Shown here: piece by piece, positions 19,487 through 29,122 of the stretch
How positions within the stretch are numbered: the first letter of the stretch is position 1
Layout: every line of letters begins with the position of its first letter
From: Candidatus Omnitrophota bacterium
Lineage (GTDB): Bacteria > Omnitrophota > Gorgyraeia > Zapsychrales > Zapsychraceae
Assembly (NCBI GenBank): GCA_016931055.1
Contig: JAFGFL010000091.1
Coordinates: forward strand, 42,108-106,107
Direction of reading: 5' to 3'
DNA length: 64,000 nucleotides
Notes under the pieces: generated by a model
Databases searched by the model: none
What the model was told of the DNA's origin: nothing
Seen by the model: only the letters and a program-made list of their open reading frames with translations
Translations under genes and position numbers: made by a program

Positions 19487-20604
19487 TGACCGCTGTGTCA
19501 CGAAAAACTGCGATAAGAAAATCAAATAAAAGAAATAACATCGTTCAGTATCCACTGAAATTCCGGGCGGCCGTGTTGGAACGCCATAACGAACCGCTCG
19601 TGATCGATGAAGTCACCTTTAACGGGCCTCTCGAAGCTGGTCAGGTCCTCGTGCGGATCCATTATAGCGGTGTCTGTGGCAAGCAAATCGAAGAGATCAA
19701 GGGGAGCGGAGAACCCGATCCTTTTTTACCCCATATGCTGGGGCACGAAGGCAGCGGGATCGTTATGGATGTTGGGCCAGGCGTGCGGAAAGTCAAACCG
19801 GGAGATCATGTTGTTCTTCATTGGATGAAAGGAAGCGGTATTGATGCGGTTACGCCTCTATATAATCGCAAGGGTGTGAGGGTCAACGCGGGATGGATCA
19901 CAACATTTAATGAGTACGGGGTGATATCCGAAAACCGGATGACGGTTATCCCTGAAGGATCAGATTTGAGTGTCGCTTGTCTTCTCGGGTGTGCTGTGAC
20001 AACGGGTGTTGGCGCTGTTTTTCACCAAGCAAAGGTTTGCCCAGGCGAAGCAGCTGCCGTCTTTGGATGCGGAGGCGTAGGGTTAAATTGTATCCAAGGG
20101 GCGGCCATGGTCCATGCGCATCCGATTATTGCGGTAGATACAAATCCCAAAAATCTGAAGTTAGCCAAGACTTTGGGGGCGACTCATTTTATTAATGCTC
20201 ATGATGAAGATGTCCTTGCCAGAGTCAAGGAAATAACGAACGGGATGAACGCGCGATATGTTTTTATTGTCACGGCAGCGCCTTCGGCCATTGAGCAGGG
20301 GATCGAGGCCAGTTCCATCCCGGGAAGCGTCTATTTTGTTTCCGTTCCTCCTTTTGGGACAAAAATTTCAGTTGACGCATTGTCTATTCATCGGCGGCGG
20401 CAATTATTTGGTTCATTCGGAGGGGGATCGTTTCCGGATCGGGATGTCCCTGCCTGCCTGGCGCTTTATGAACGCGGTCTTTTAAAACTGAATGAACTGG
20501 TGTCGATCGGTGTATCCTTGGATGATATCAACAAAGGGATCGAAGAGCTTTTGATGGAAAAAGGAGGACGATGCATTGTGAGGATGGCCAATGACAAACG
20601 TTAA
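19486..20604 (+). CDS. zinc-dependent (MDR) alcohol dehydrogenase lacking the structural-Zn lobe
   Basis: Catalytic Zn ligands GVCG, GHEG, LLGCAVTTG; Rossmann motif FGCGGVG. Confidence 0.88.
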   Translation: MTAVSRKTAIRKSNKRNNIVQYPLKFRAAVLERHNEPLVIDEVTFNGPLEAGQVLVRIHYSGVCGKQIEEIKGSGEPDPFLPHMLGHEGSGIVMDVGPGVRKVKPGDHVVLHWMKGSGIDAVTPLYNRKGVRVNAGWITTFNEYGVISENRMTVIPEGSDLSVACLLGCAVTTGVGAVFHQAKVCPGEAAAVFGCGGVGLNCIQGAAMVHAHPIIAVDTNPKNLKLAKTLGATHFINAHDEDVLARVKEITNGMNARYVFIVTAAPSAIEQGIEASSIPGSVYFVSVPPFGTKISVDALSIHRRRQLFGSFGGGSFPDRDVPACLALYERGLLKLNELVSIGVSLDDINKGIEELLMEKGGRCIVRMANDKR

Positions 20605-21316
20605 GTTCTCCAGCTTTGATTATTCAACAGTTCAAGGCGTACCGGAAATTGCCTTGCGTGTTGAGCTGTTGTCTCAGCGGCTCCAATTGCTTTCGAAAAA
20701 TGAACAACCGATGATATTGGAAATCGGCGTCGGAACGGGCGATGTGACGTTAATGTTGGCCAAACAATTTAAACATGTGACATGTGTCGACATGGAGGAG
20801 GATAATTGCCAGGCTGTTTCAGATAGGCTTAAACCGTCGGGGTTGAATCATGTCGAGTTTGTCTGTTCAACGATCGAAGCGGCATCATTACCGAAGAAGT
20901 CGTATCAACACATTATTATGCAGAATATTCTTGAACATCTGAAAGACCCTGTTGAAGTCTTAAAAGTTGTCAAAAACTATTTGAAACCGGATGGACGTAT
21001 CCACCTCTCTGTCCCCTTGGCGAATTCTTTGCATCGGTGGCTGGGAGTTGAATTGGGGATGATTCCTTCAACAGAAACGTTGGCGGAATCGGATATCCAA
21101 TACGGGCATTACCGTGTTTATGTTCCTCAATTGCTTCGGGACCATATACAGTCTGCCGGATACACGGTCGCTTTTGAGAAATTATTTTATTTAAAGCCGT
21201 TAACAACGGCTGTTTTAACGCCGTTATCTAGAGAAATTCATGAAGCGCTGTTCCGGTTGGGTGAGCGATTCCACGAATTTGCTTCATATATCTATCTGGA
21301 GGCGATGGGCCGGTGA
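20591..21316 (+). CDS. class I SAM-dependent methyltransferase
   Basis: ILEIGVGTG, CVD, NILEHLKDP, LKPDGRIHLSVP. Confidence 0.88.
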   Translation: MTNVKFSSFDYSTVQGVPEIALRVELLSQRLQLLSKNEQPMILEIGVGTGDVTLMLAKQFKHVTCVDMEEDNCQAVSDRLKPSGLNHVEFVCSTIEAASLPKKSYQHIIMQNILEHLKDPVEVLKVVKNYLKPDGRIHLSVPLANSLHRWLGVELGMIPSTETLAESDIQYGHYRVYVPQLLRDHIQSAGYTVAFEKLFYLKPLTTAVLTPLSREIHEALFRLGERFHEFASYIYLEAMGR

Positions 21317-22623
21317 ACACTTTGATCAAGACATTCAGGAAGAAGAGCAAGTCATTCATGATTGAGTTTGGCTCGGGCGATTTGAGAAGGAAATCTGAAC
21401 TTTTGTGGAAAACGTCCAAGTTTTTTTTGTGGCACCTCTTTTTGATCCCGTTATCGATTATAATCATGCCTGGCATCATTGTTTTTACTTTGTTGTTTGA
21501 TTCTTTGATCAGGGTTCGGATCGGGAAGCTGGAGGATGATCGCATTGGTCATTTGGCCCATAATACGGATATCTACCTTCGTCGAATGAAGATGGGAAAA
21601 AAGGTCTGGCGGGAATGGCACTTGATGGTGTGCGATAAAACGGCTAATCGGCAATTGCTTTCCATGATCAAAAGGAGGCTATGTGTTTTGGAACACCCTA
21701 TTTTTCTGAAATTCTACAAAGCGGCTCGCGGATGGTCTTACCCTTCAAGGATATGGGCTGATATGCCATGTGATTATGGCGCGTTTGAAGAATATCGGAT
21801 AGTCAAGCCGCCACTAAGTTTCACGGAAGAGGAGAATGCCAGGGGGCAGAATCAGTTATTACGCATGGGAATTCCTGTTGAGAAATCGTTTGTATGCATG
21901 AATGCTCGGGACAATAGGTATTTAAAGGAACAATGGGTTGGCGGGAAGAAAAATGATTGGCAGGATCAGGATTTTCGCAATTCCAATATTGACACATTTT
22001 TGCCCGGGGCAGAATATCTGGCGTCTCAAGGGATCTATGTGTTGCGGATGGGTCACACGGTCGCGGATCCGCTTATGACAACCAATGAGCGGATTATAGA
22101 TTACGCGACACGCTGGCGTTCTGATTTCATGGATGTCTTTCTTACCGGACACGGCAAATTCTTTTTGGGAGATACTGCGGGGCTCCATTGTGTTGCTTTG
22201 GCGTTTGGTGTTCCCGTTGCGGCGGCGAATTGGATCCCGATTCGATACACGCCTCCGGGAAAACAGGATTTGTTTATACCGAAAAAGCTGTGGGATATCT
22301 CAAGAAAAAGGTTTCTTACCTTTAAAGAAATCATAGAGGGGGTAATTGACCGATGGGAACACGCGGAGCAATATATCCGTTCAGGCATTGAGCCGGTCAG
22401 TAATACCCCTGAAGAGATATTGGAATTAGTCAAAGAGATGAATGAGAGAATTGATGGGGTTTGGACGCCTGATGAGGAGGATGAAGAATTGCAGATGAGA
22501 TATCGGGCGTTATTTCCACCCAGTCATTATTCGTACGGATTTCACGCGCGCGTTGGAGCGGATTTCTTAAGGAAGAATCAGGATTTGCTGGCAGGGAAAC
22601 GACGGGATGTTGTTTCTGTTTGA
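21313..22623 (+). CDS. putative glycosyltransferase (TIGR04372-like from recall)
   Basis: RIGHLA, VCMNARDNRY, FRNSNI, YVLRMG, IDYA, SDFMDVFL, GDTAGL, FGVP, NTPEEI. N-terminal hydrophobic segment. Confidence 0.65.
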   Translation: MNTLIKTFRKKSKSFMIEFGSGDLRRKSELLWKTSKFFLWHLFLIPLSIIIMPGIIVFTLLFDSLIRVRIGKLEDDRIGHLAHNTDIYLRRMKMGKKVWREWHLMVCDKTANRQLLSMIKRRLCVLEHPIFLKFYKAARGWSYPSRIWADMPCDYGAFEEYRIVKPPLSFTEEENARGQNQLLRMGIPVEKSFVCMNARDNRYLKEQWVGGKKNDWQDQDFRNSNIDTFLPGAEYLASQGIYVLRMGHTVADPLMTTNERIIDYATRWRSDFMDVFLTGHGKFFLGDTAGLHCVALAFGVPVAAANWIPIRYTPPGKQDLFIPKKLWDISRKRFLTFKEIIEGVIDRWEHAEQYIRSGIEPVSNTPEEILELVKEMNERIDGVWTPDEEDEELQMRYRALFPPSHYSYGFHARVGADFLRKNQDLLAGKRRDVVSV

Positions 22624-22637
22624 CTCAAAGGAAAACA

Positions 22638-24410
22638 ATGAACGCTTTCAAATTTATTCATGATATTTTTGCCAAGTTCCCGGCTTTAATCATCCAGAGT
22701 ATTGTTCTTCAGGTCATGGTGAGCATTTTAGGCGCGTGCTCTCTGGTTGTTGTAAGCCCTTTGGTTGATGTGTTAACAAACGCCGGTGCCGGTCAGGTCA
22801 GCTCATTAACGCGGAAAGTTTTTGATGTTTTTGCGTTTATCGGAGTTTTTCCGTCATTAAAGGGTTGGTTGCTGATATTCTTTGGTTTTGTTTTCTTGAC
22901 CAGCGTTCTTCAAATAATCGCGTGGCGGTCCATTATGCAGGTTAAGTATACAATGCTTCAAGACTTGATGCGGAACACGTTTGAAGATTTCTTCAAGGCG
23001 CAATGGTATTTCTTCAGCAGCGGGAAACAAGGGACATTAATCAATACCTTCTCCCGGGAACTGACGGTCATTGGAGACGCTTTCAGTTCAGTCGCGCGTT
23101 CTTTTGTCGGGATCATTCAAATGATTATTTTCTTGTTTGTGCCGGTATATATTTCATGGCAGGTCACGTTAATCAGTTTTGGGGTGGCGACTGTCTTCGT
23201 CATTCCGTTCTTCCTTCTGGGAAAACACAATTATAGGCTGGGATTGATGAACACATCAACAGCCAACGAATTTATGGGGATCATCCACGAAAATCTCAGC
23301 TTGACCAAAATCATGCTTGGGTTTGGAAACCAATTCAAAGGGGTGGAGAGTTTAGACCGGGCATTTGGAAAACACAAGAAAGCGGCCGTTGATTCTCTGG
23401 TTATTTCGGAGGCGTGCATATTGTTGTACCGGCCATTTGCCGTTTTTGTCATTATGGCGGCGCTTTTTTCGGCTCAAAAATTCAATGTGCCTCTTTCGGA
23501 GATAATGGTGTTGATCCTTGCGCTGTTTCAAGCGGCCTTGGCCGTCAACAGGCTTGTTCAGGAAAAGAATAAGCTGGAGAACTTCTTGCCCAGTTATGAG
23601 CAGATCGAATCTCTGCGGGCGCGAGCCAGAACGATGAAGCAGGCTTCTGGGAAGATTGAATTCGCCGGTTTCAAGAAGGAATTAAGGGTCGAGAAGGTAT
23701 CATTTGCTTATCCCCAGCATCCGGACGTCTTGCGCGATATTAATATTTCCATTCCGAAGGGGCAAATGATCGCTTTTGTCGGAAAATCAGGGGCGGGTAA
23801 ATCAACATTGATTGATATTATCATGGGATTTTATGAACCGATAAAGGGAAGTGTTTCTTTCGACGGCATGCCTTTACAGGAATTTAATGTCGATTCTTAC
23901 CGAAGGCACGTCGGATATGTTCCCCAAGAGAGCGTTCTGTTCAATGCCAGTATCCGGGACAACTTGTTATGGGCCAAACCGGACGCAACGGACGAAGAGT
24001 TGAGGAATGCGTGTCGGTTGGCTTTTGCGGATGAGTTCATTGATAACCTTGCCGAGAAATACAACACGCTGGTGGGAGACCGAGGGGTCCGCTTGTCGGG
24101 TGGCCAAGTGCAGCGCATTGCTTTGGCTAGGGCGTTATTACGCCGTCCGGACCTTCTCATTCTTGATGAGGCTACAAGCGCGCTGGATACTCATTCCGAA
24201 CGGGTGATCCAGAAAGCCCTGGAAAACATCTTGCATTCGACAACGGTTATTGTTGTTGCTCATCGGCTTTCAACAATTAAGAAAGCGGATTGTATCTATG
24301 TGTTGGACAGCGGCTGCATTATCGAACAAGGGACCTATTCAGTCCTTGTCGAAGACAATAACGCTTATTTCAATTCGATGGTCAAGCTCCAAGAACTCGG
24401 GGTTTCTTGA
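22638..24410 (+). CDS. ABC half-transporter (TMD+NBD), MsbA/PglK/Wzk-like lipid-linked glycan flippase
   Basis: Multiple TM helices, Walker A GKSGAGKST, Q-loop YVPQE, signature LSGGQ, Walker B LILDEATSALD, AHRLST. Confidence 0.88.
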   Translation: MNAFKFIHDIFAKFPALIIQSIVLQVMVSILGACSLVVVSPLVDVLTNAGAGQVSSLTRKVFDVFAFIGVFPSLKGWLLIFFGFVFLTSVLQIIAWRSIMQVKYTMLQDLMRNTFEDFFKAQWYFFSSGKQGTLINTFSRELTVIGDAFSSVARSFVGIIQMIIFLFVPVYISWQVTLISFGVATVFVIPFFLLGKHNYRLGLMNTSTANEFMGIIHENLSLTKIMLGFGNQFKGVESLDRAFGKHKKAAVDSLVISEACILLYRPFAVFVIMAALFSAQKFNVPLSEIMVLILALFQAALAVNRLVQEKNKLENFLPSYEQIESLRARARTMKQASGKIEFAGFKKELRVEKVSFAYPQHPDVLRDINISIPKGQMIAFVGKSGAGKSTLIDIIMGFYEPIKGSVSFDGMPLQEFNVDSYRRHVGYVPQESVLFNASIRDNLLWAKPDATDEELRNACRLAFADEFIDNLAEKYNTLVGDRGVRLSGGQVQRIALARALLRRPDLLILDEATSALDTHSERVIQKALENILHSTTVIVVAHRLSTIKKADCIYVLDSGCIIEQGTYSVLVEDNNAYFNSMVKLQELGVS

Positions 24411-25873
24411 TGAAGAAGATGCGAATTATTCCCAGACTAGATGTCAAAGGCCCCAATGTGGTTAAGGGAATCCAGTTGGAGGGTTTAAGGGTGGTCGGTA
24501 AACCTTCCGATCTTGCTCGGAAATATTATAACGAAGGGGCCGATGAGTTGATCTACATTGATATTGTGGCGAGTCTCTATGGACGAAACAATCTCGCGCA
24601 TATCATTGAGGAAACGATCAAAAAGGATGTTTTTATCCCCATTACGGTTGGAGGCGGTATTCGTAGCGTTGAGGATATTGACAAAATATTGCGGTCCGGT
24701 GCTGACAAAGTCGCGATTAACACCGCGGCAGTCAGGAATCCTGAACTCTTAAAGGAGGCCGTGCGCGTGTTTGGTTCTTCGACCATTGTTCTTTCGGTTG
24801 AGGCGAAGAAGATTTCCGATGGAAAGTGGGAGGCTTATGTTGATAACGGAAGAGAGCGAACGGGATTAGACGTTATTGATTGGATAAAGAAAGCGGTAGG
24901 ATTGGGTGTCGGTGAAATTCTCGTTACGTCGGTTGACCGGGATGGTACGCGCTTAGGATTTGATGGCCAATTGATTGATGCGGTTACGTCTGTGGTTTCT
25001 GTCCCTGTCATTGCGTCCGGAGGGGCGGGGGAAATAGGTCATGTGGCTCAGTGTATGGAAAACAAGAAATTGGATGGGATAGCGATTGCCAGTATGTTTC
25101 ATTATGGCGAGTGTACTGTTGGCGAATTGAAGGAAAAACTTTCCCAAGAGCATAGTGATCGAATCAAACGACCTAGCCACAGGGATAGGTTTTCGGAAGA
25201 TAAAGTCGATGCGAATGTATCTATTGTTGATTATCGATTGGGGAATCTATGTAGCGTGACTAATGCGTTTCGGCAGATTGGGGCGAATCCACGGTTGATT
25301 GATACTCCGCAACAGGTCTTGGATTCGCGTTATCTAGTTCTTCCCGGTGTAGGATCGTTTGAAGAGGGAATGAAACATTTGAGAAAAAACAATCTTGATC
25401 AGGCTATTGCGGAATATGTGAACGCGGGCAAACCCTTGCTAGGCATATGTCTCGGAATGCAGTTACTGATGACTAAGAGCAGTGAGTTCGGAGAATATTC
25501 AGGACTTGATCTGATTGAAGGGGAAGTGCTCAAATTTGAAGAAAATATCAGCATAGGACAAGAAGGTTACAAGATTCCTCATGTTGGTTGGAATTCCGTA
25601 TTTTGCAACCAAGATTGGAATGGAACAATCTTGGAGCCTCTGGAAGACGATATGGGGGCCTATTTTGTCCATTCGTATTATGTTCAGCCTAGAAACCGCG
25701 AGAATATCCTTGCGGTAACAGATTATTTTGGCCATCAATTCTGCTCTGTTATAAGAAAAGGGAATGTTTATGGATGTCAGTTTCATCCGGAAAAAAGCGG
25801 TCAAGAGGGGCTTGCGATATTAAGGGCATTTGTAAAGATTCGTCAAAAAGAAGGAGTGCTTAATGTGCGGTGA
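24410..25873 (+). CDS. fused HisF-like (WbuZ-type) barrel + HisH-like (WbuY-type) glutaminase
   Basis: N-term IIPRLDVKGPNVVKG, GADEL, VGGGIRS, GADKVAINTAA, SVDRDGT, IASGGAG. C-term VDYRLGNL, LPGVGSF, GICLGMQ, PHVGWN, YFVHSY, QFHPEKS. One continuous frame. Confidence 0.92.
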   Translation: MKKMRIIPRLDVKGPNVVKGIQLEGLRVVGKPSDLARKYYNEGADELIYIDIVASLYGRNNLAHIIEETIKKDVFIPITVGGGIRSVEDIDKILRSGADKVAINTAAVRNPELLKEAVRVFGSSTIVLSVEAKKISDGKWEAYVDNGRERTGLDVIDWIKKAVGLGVGEILVTSVDRDGTRLGFDGQLIDAVTSVVSVPVIASGGAGEIGHVAQCMENKKLDGIAIASMFHYGECTVGELKEKLSQEHSDRIKRPSHRDRFSEDKVDANVSIVDYRLGNLCSVTNAFRQIGANPRLIDTPQQVLDSRYLVLPGVGSFEEGMKHLRKNNLDQAIAEYVNAGKPLLGICLGMQLLMTKSSEFGEYSGLDLIEGEVLKFEENISIGQEGYKIPHVGWNSVFCNQDWNGTILEPLEDDMGAYFVHSYYVQPRNRENILAVTDYFGHQFCSVIRKGNVYGCQFHPEKSGQEGLAILRAFVKIRQKEGVLNVR

Positions 25874-27092
25874 AGCGCTTGAAACGCAGACTGAAACAAA
25901 GTATGGATTACCCAAAGAGGTTATCTATTGTAAACGATGTGTTATTTCAAATCAGAGGCCGCAATCAACGGTTGAGTTTAAGAACACTTCGGTCGAAAAG
26001 AAAAAGACGATCGCATTTGGAGAAGACGGGATCTGTGATGCCTGCCGATACGCTGAATACAAGGAAACAAAAATTGACTGGACCAAACGGAAAAAAGAGT
26101 TGGAGGCCCTGTGCGATCGTTATCGACGGGATGACGGGTATTGGGATTGCGTGATCCCCGCGAGCGGCGGGAAAGACAGTTCTTTCACGGCGCATACCTT
26201 AAAGTACAGATTTGGGATGCATCCGTTGACGGTCACATGGGCGCCCCATGAGTATACGGAAAGGGGATGGCAGAATTTGCAAGGGATGATCCATTCGGGT
26301 TTGGATAATGTCCTCATCAATGTCAACGGGAAAGTCCATCGTTACCTGACCAAATTAGCGTTCCTGAATTTAGGACATCCGTTTCAGCCGTTTATCATCG
26401 GGCAAAAGTTTGTGGGGCCCAAAACGGCGTTGCTTCGGGATATTCCCCTTATTTTCTATGGAGAAAACCAAGCTGAATACGGTAATGCGATTGGTGAAAA
26501 TGAAAGACCGACGATGGATCCAAAGTTCTTTTCAGCTGAAAAAAGCGATTACGTTGATGTCCATCTGGGTGGCGTTTCCGGCGCGGATCTTCTTAAAGAC
26601 CACGGGCTGACAAAAAATGACCTCGAGATGTATATGCCTCCTTTAAGGAAGGACATCGACGCCAAAGGAGTCCAGGTCCATTATCTGGGGTATTATTTGA
26701 AATGGGACCCGCAAGAGTGTTTTTATTATGCGGCCAAACACACGGGATTTCAGCCTAATTCCGAAAGGACGGAAGGAAGCTATTCAAAATACAGCAGTAT
26801 TGACGATAAAATTGATGTGCTGCATTATTTTACAACGATGGCCAAATTCGGGATTGGGCGGGCGACGTATGATGCGGTTCAGGAGATCCGAAATGGAAAG
26901 ATCACCCGGGAAGAAGGGGTTGCTCTGGTTCGGAAATACGACATGGAATTTCCACAAAAATATTTCCGGGATTGCCTGAAATATCTTGATATCACTGAAG
27001 AGGTATTTTGGGAAACAATTGAAAAGTTCCGCTCTTTACACTTATGGGAAAAGAAAGACGGCCAGTGGGTGTTGAAATATCAGGTTTTTTAA
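25863..27092 (+). CDS. N-acetyl sugar amidotransferase (WbuX/PseA/PtmG family, PP-loop)
   Basis: CKRC and CDAC Zn site, PP-loop SGGKDS, HPLTVT, YGENQAEYG, KFGIGRAT, IRNGKITREEG. Confidence 0.9.
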   Translation: MCGEALETQTETKYGLPKEVIYCKRCVISNQRPQSTVEFKNTSVEKKKTIAFGEDGICDACRYAEYKETKIDWTKRKKELEALCDRYRRDDGYWDCVIPASGGKDSSFTAHTLKYRFGMHPLTVTWAPHEYTERGWQNLQGMIHSGLDNVLINVNGKVHRYLTKLAFLNLGHPFQPFIIGQKFVGPKTALLRDIPLIFYGENQAEYGNAIGENERPTMDPKFFSAEKSDYVDVHLGGVSGADLLKDHGLTKNDLEMYMPPLRKDIDAKGVQVHYLGYYLKWDPQECFYYAAKHTGFQPNSERTEGSYSKYSSIDDKIDVLHYFTTMAKFGIGRATYDAVQEIRNGKITREEGVALVRKYDMEFPQKYFRDCLKYLDITEEVFWETIEKFRSLHLWEKKDGQWVLKYQVF

Positions 27093-27108
27093 ACACGTGG
27101 AGAGGTCA

Positions 27109-28155
27109 ATGGACAATGTGATTGATATTGCAGGGCGCTTGATCGGGAAGGATTATCTTCCGTTTGTGATTGCGGAAATTGGTATTAATCATGAGGGAGA
27201 CATGGACAAGGCCATCCGGATGGTGGATGATGCCAAAGCGGCCGGTTGTGAATGTGTCAAGTTCCAATGCCATGTGATTGAGGATGAAATGGTCCCCGCG
27301 GCAAAATCTGTTATTCCCGGGAATACGACTGAGAATATCTGGGACATCATGGCCAGATGCGCATTGACGGAAAAAGAAGATATCCGGCTGAAGAAATATG
27401 TTGAGTCGAAGAATATGATCTATCTTTCGACGCCGTTTTCCCGCGCGGCTTCCATAAGGTTGGAGAAGATGGGTGTCGCGGCCTATAAGATTGGGTCGGG
27501 GGAGTGTAACAATTATCCGCTAATTGAACACATTGCTTCCTATGGGAAACCGGTGATCCTAAGCACGGGAATGAATGACGTGTCTTCTATTAAGCCTGCG
27601 GTCGGGATTCTTAGGAAATCAAGAATTCCTTACGCCTTGATGCATTGCACATCCATATATCCGACGCCTTACAGTAAAGTACGGTTGGGGGCGTTAACTA
27701 TTCTTCAGAAAACTTTTTCGGATGCTGTCGTTGGATTAAGTGACCATTCTATGGGCATTTATACATGTCTGGCTTCGGTGGTTTTAGGAGCAAGCATTCT
27801 GGAAAAACATTTCACTTCGGATATAAGCTGGCCAGGGCCCGATGTGCCTATATCCATGGATCCGACGGATTTGAGAAACTTGGTGGAAGGGGCACGCGCT
27901 ATTCATCAGGCTTTAGGCGGGAACAAAGCGATCCTTCCGGAAGAGAAACCTGCGATTGATTTTGCGTACGCGACGGTTGTTTCCATTCGCAATATTGTCA
28001 AAGGTGAATCTTTGACGCGCGAGAATATCTGGGTCAAACGGCCCGGAACGGGACGGTTATTGGCGAAGGATTTTAGTCGTTTGTTAGGCAAGAAGGTAAA
28101 ACGCAATATTGCTGCCAATCAGCATATTCAACCGGAGGATGTCATTGGACTTTGA
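27109..28155 (+). CDS. neuB: N-acetylneuraminate synthase family (Neisseria SiaC-like)
   Basis: AEIGINHEG, VKFQ, IPGN, STPFSRAA, YKIGSGECNNYPL, HCTSIYP, SDHS, EKHFT, PGPD, C-terminal SAF domain WVKRPG. Confidence 0.92.
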   Translation: MDNVIDIAGRLIGKDYLPFVIAEIGINHEGDMDKAIRMVDDAKAAGCECVKFQCHVIEDEMVPAAKSVIPGNTTENIWDIMARCALTEKEDIRLKKYVESKNMIYLSTPFSRAASIRLEKMGVAAYKIGSGECNNYPLIEHIASYGKPVILSTGMNDVSSIKPAVGILRKSRIPYALMHCTSIYPTPYSKVRLGALTILQKTFSDAVVGLSDHSMGIYTCLASVVLGASILEKHFTSDISWPGPDVPISMDPTDLRNLVEGARAIHQALGGNKAILPEEKPAIDFAYATVVSIRNIVKGESLTRENIWVKRPGTGRLLAKDFSRLLGKKVKRNIAANQHIQPEDVIGL

Positions 28156-29122
28156 TCTGCGACAGTACAGGGCGCTTGTGACCGGGGCTTCGGGGGTTTT
28201 AGGATTGCGTTTAAGTGAGCAATTGCTTAACGCCGGAGCCGAAGTCGTTGGATTCGATCTGGATGGAATGAGTAAACCGCTGCGGACTTTGTCAGGAACT
28301 CATGAAAAGGCGAAAATGATCAGTGGAAATATGTTGGATATGGCCTCGGTGTACGAAGCTGTCAGGATATTGAATCGGCAATCAGGCCGAAAGAGGGCCG
28401 TGTTTCATCTCTCTGCGATGAGTGACGCGAACCAATGCGACGCCGATCCCGAAGAAGCTTTTCGGCAAAATGTTGAGGCGACCGTGAATCTTATGCAGGT
28501 ATGTTCTCAGGAAGGTGTTCAGCGGGTCATATTTCCATCGACGGCTTATGTCTATGGTTCACTGTACAACGAGCTGATCAAGGAGGAGTATGCGATTCAT
28601 CCGGAAAGCGTTTATCCTTTGACAAAACTTTTAGCTGAACAAACGATCCAAGGATACGGAAATATGAACGTGATGAGCTGTGATATTGTCCGGATCAGCA
28701 ATATCTACGGGTCTGGTTCTAAATCAAATACGATCTTAGGGACCATTATGTTCCAAGCTGAGAAGAAAGGCGCGATCTTTCTGCAAAATCTTAAACCGGT
28801 TAGAGATTTTATCTATATTGATGATGTCGTTGACGGATTGAGCAGAATTCTTTTGGCCGGCGATGAGCCAGGGAGCCGTGTATATAATTTGTCAACAGGC
28901 AAAGGAACCTCTGTTGGCGAGTTGGCGCGGGTGTTTTGTCAGTTGAAAGGTCTGTCACCCGAGATGGTGAAATGCAGTGGCTCATCAGGGAAGGAATCAA
29001 GACTGGTTCTTTCCAACGATCTCCTTGAGCGGCGAATTGGTTGGAAGCCGCGATATTCAGTGCTTGAAGGCATACAAAAGACGATCAATGAGTGGGCGGG
29101 GAGGAAATATGCCGAAGCGTAA
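28139..29122 (+). CDS. extended SDR NDP-sugar epimerase/dehydratase
   Basis: TGASGVLG, HLSA, STAYVYG, YPLTK, RISNIYG, RDFIYIDD. Start uncertain: ATG 28139 or TTG 28145. Confidence 0.85.
   Translation: MSLDFDLRQYRALVTGASGVLGLRLSEQLLNAGAEVVGFDLDGMSKPLRTLSGTHEKAKMISGNMLDMASVYEAVRILNRQSGRKRAVFHLSAMSDANQCDADPEEAFRQNVEATVNLMQVCSQEGVQRVIFPSTAYVYGSLYNELIKEEYAIHPESVYPLTKLLAEQTIQGYGNMNVMSCDIVRISNIYGSGSKSNTILGTIMFQAEKKGAIFLQNLKPVRDFIYIDDVVDGLSRILLAGDEPGSRVYNLSTGKGTSVGELARVFCQLKGLSPEMVKCSGSSGKESRLVLSNDLLERRIGWKPRYSVLEGIQKTINEWAGRKYAEA

Noticed and set aside
24410-25873. Histidine biosynthesis operon
   Set aside because: No other his genes, altered HisF motifs, and coupling to a WbuX/PseA-type amidotransferase.
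28977-29108. N-terminal extensions in the ORF track (also 31362-31544, 56643-56708, 60499-60543, 14992-15024)
   Set aside because: They overlap upstream genes deeply. Family-typical N-termini and RBS or coupling positions support the downstream ATGs.
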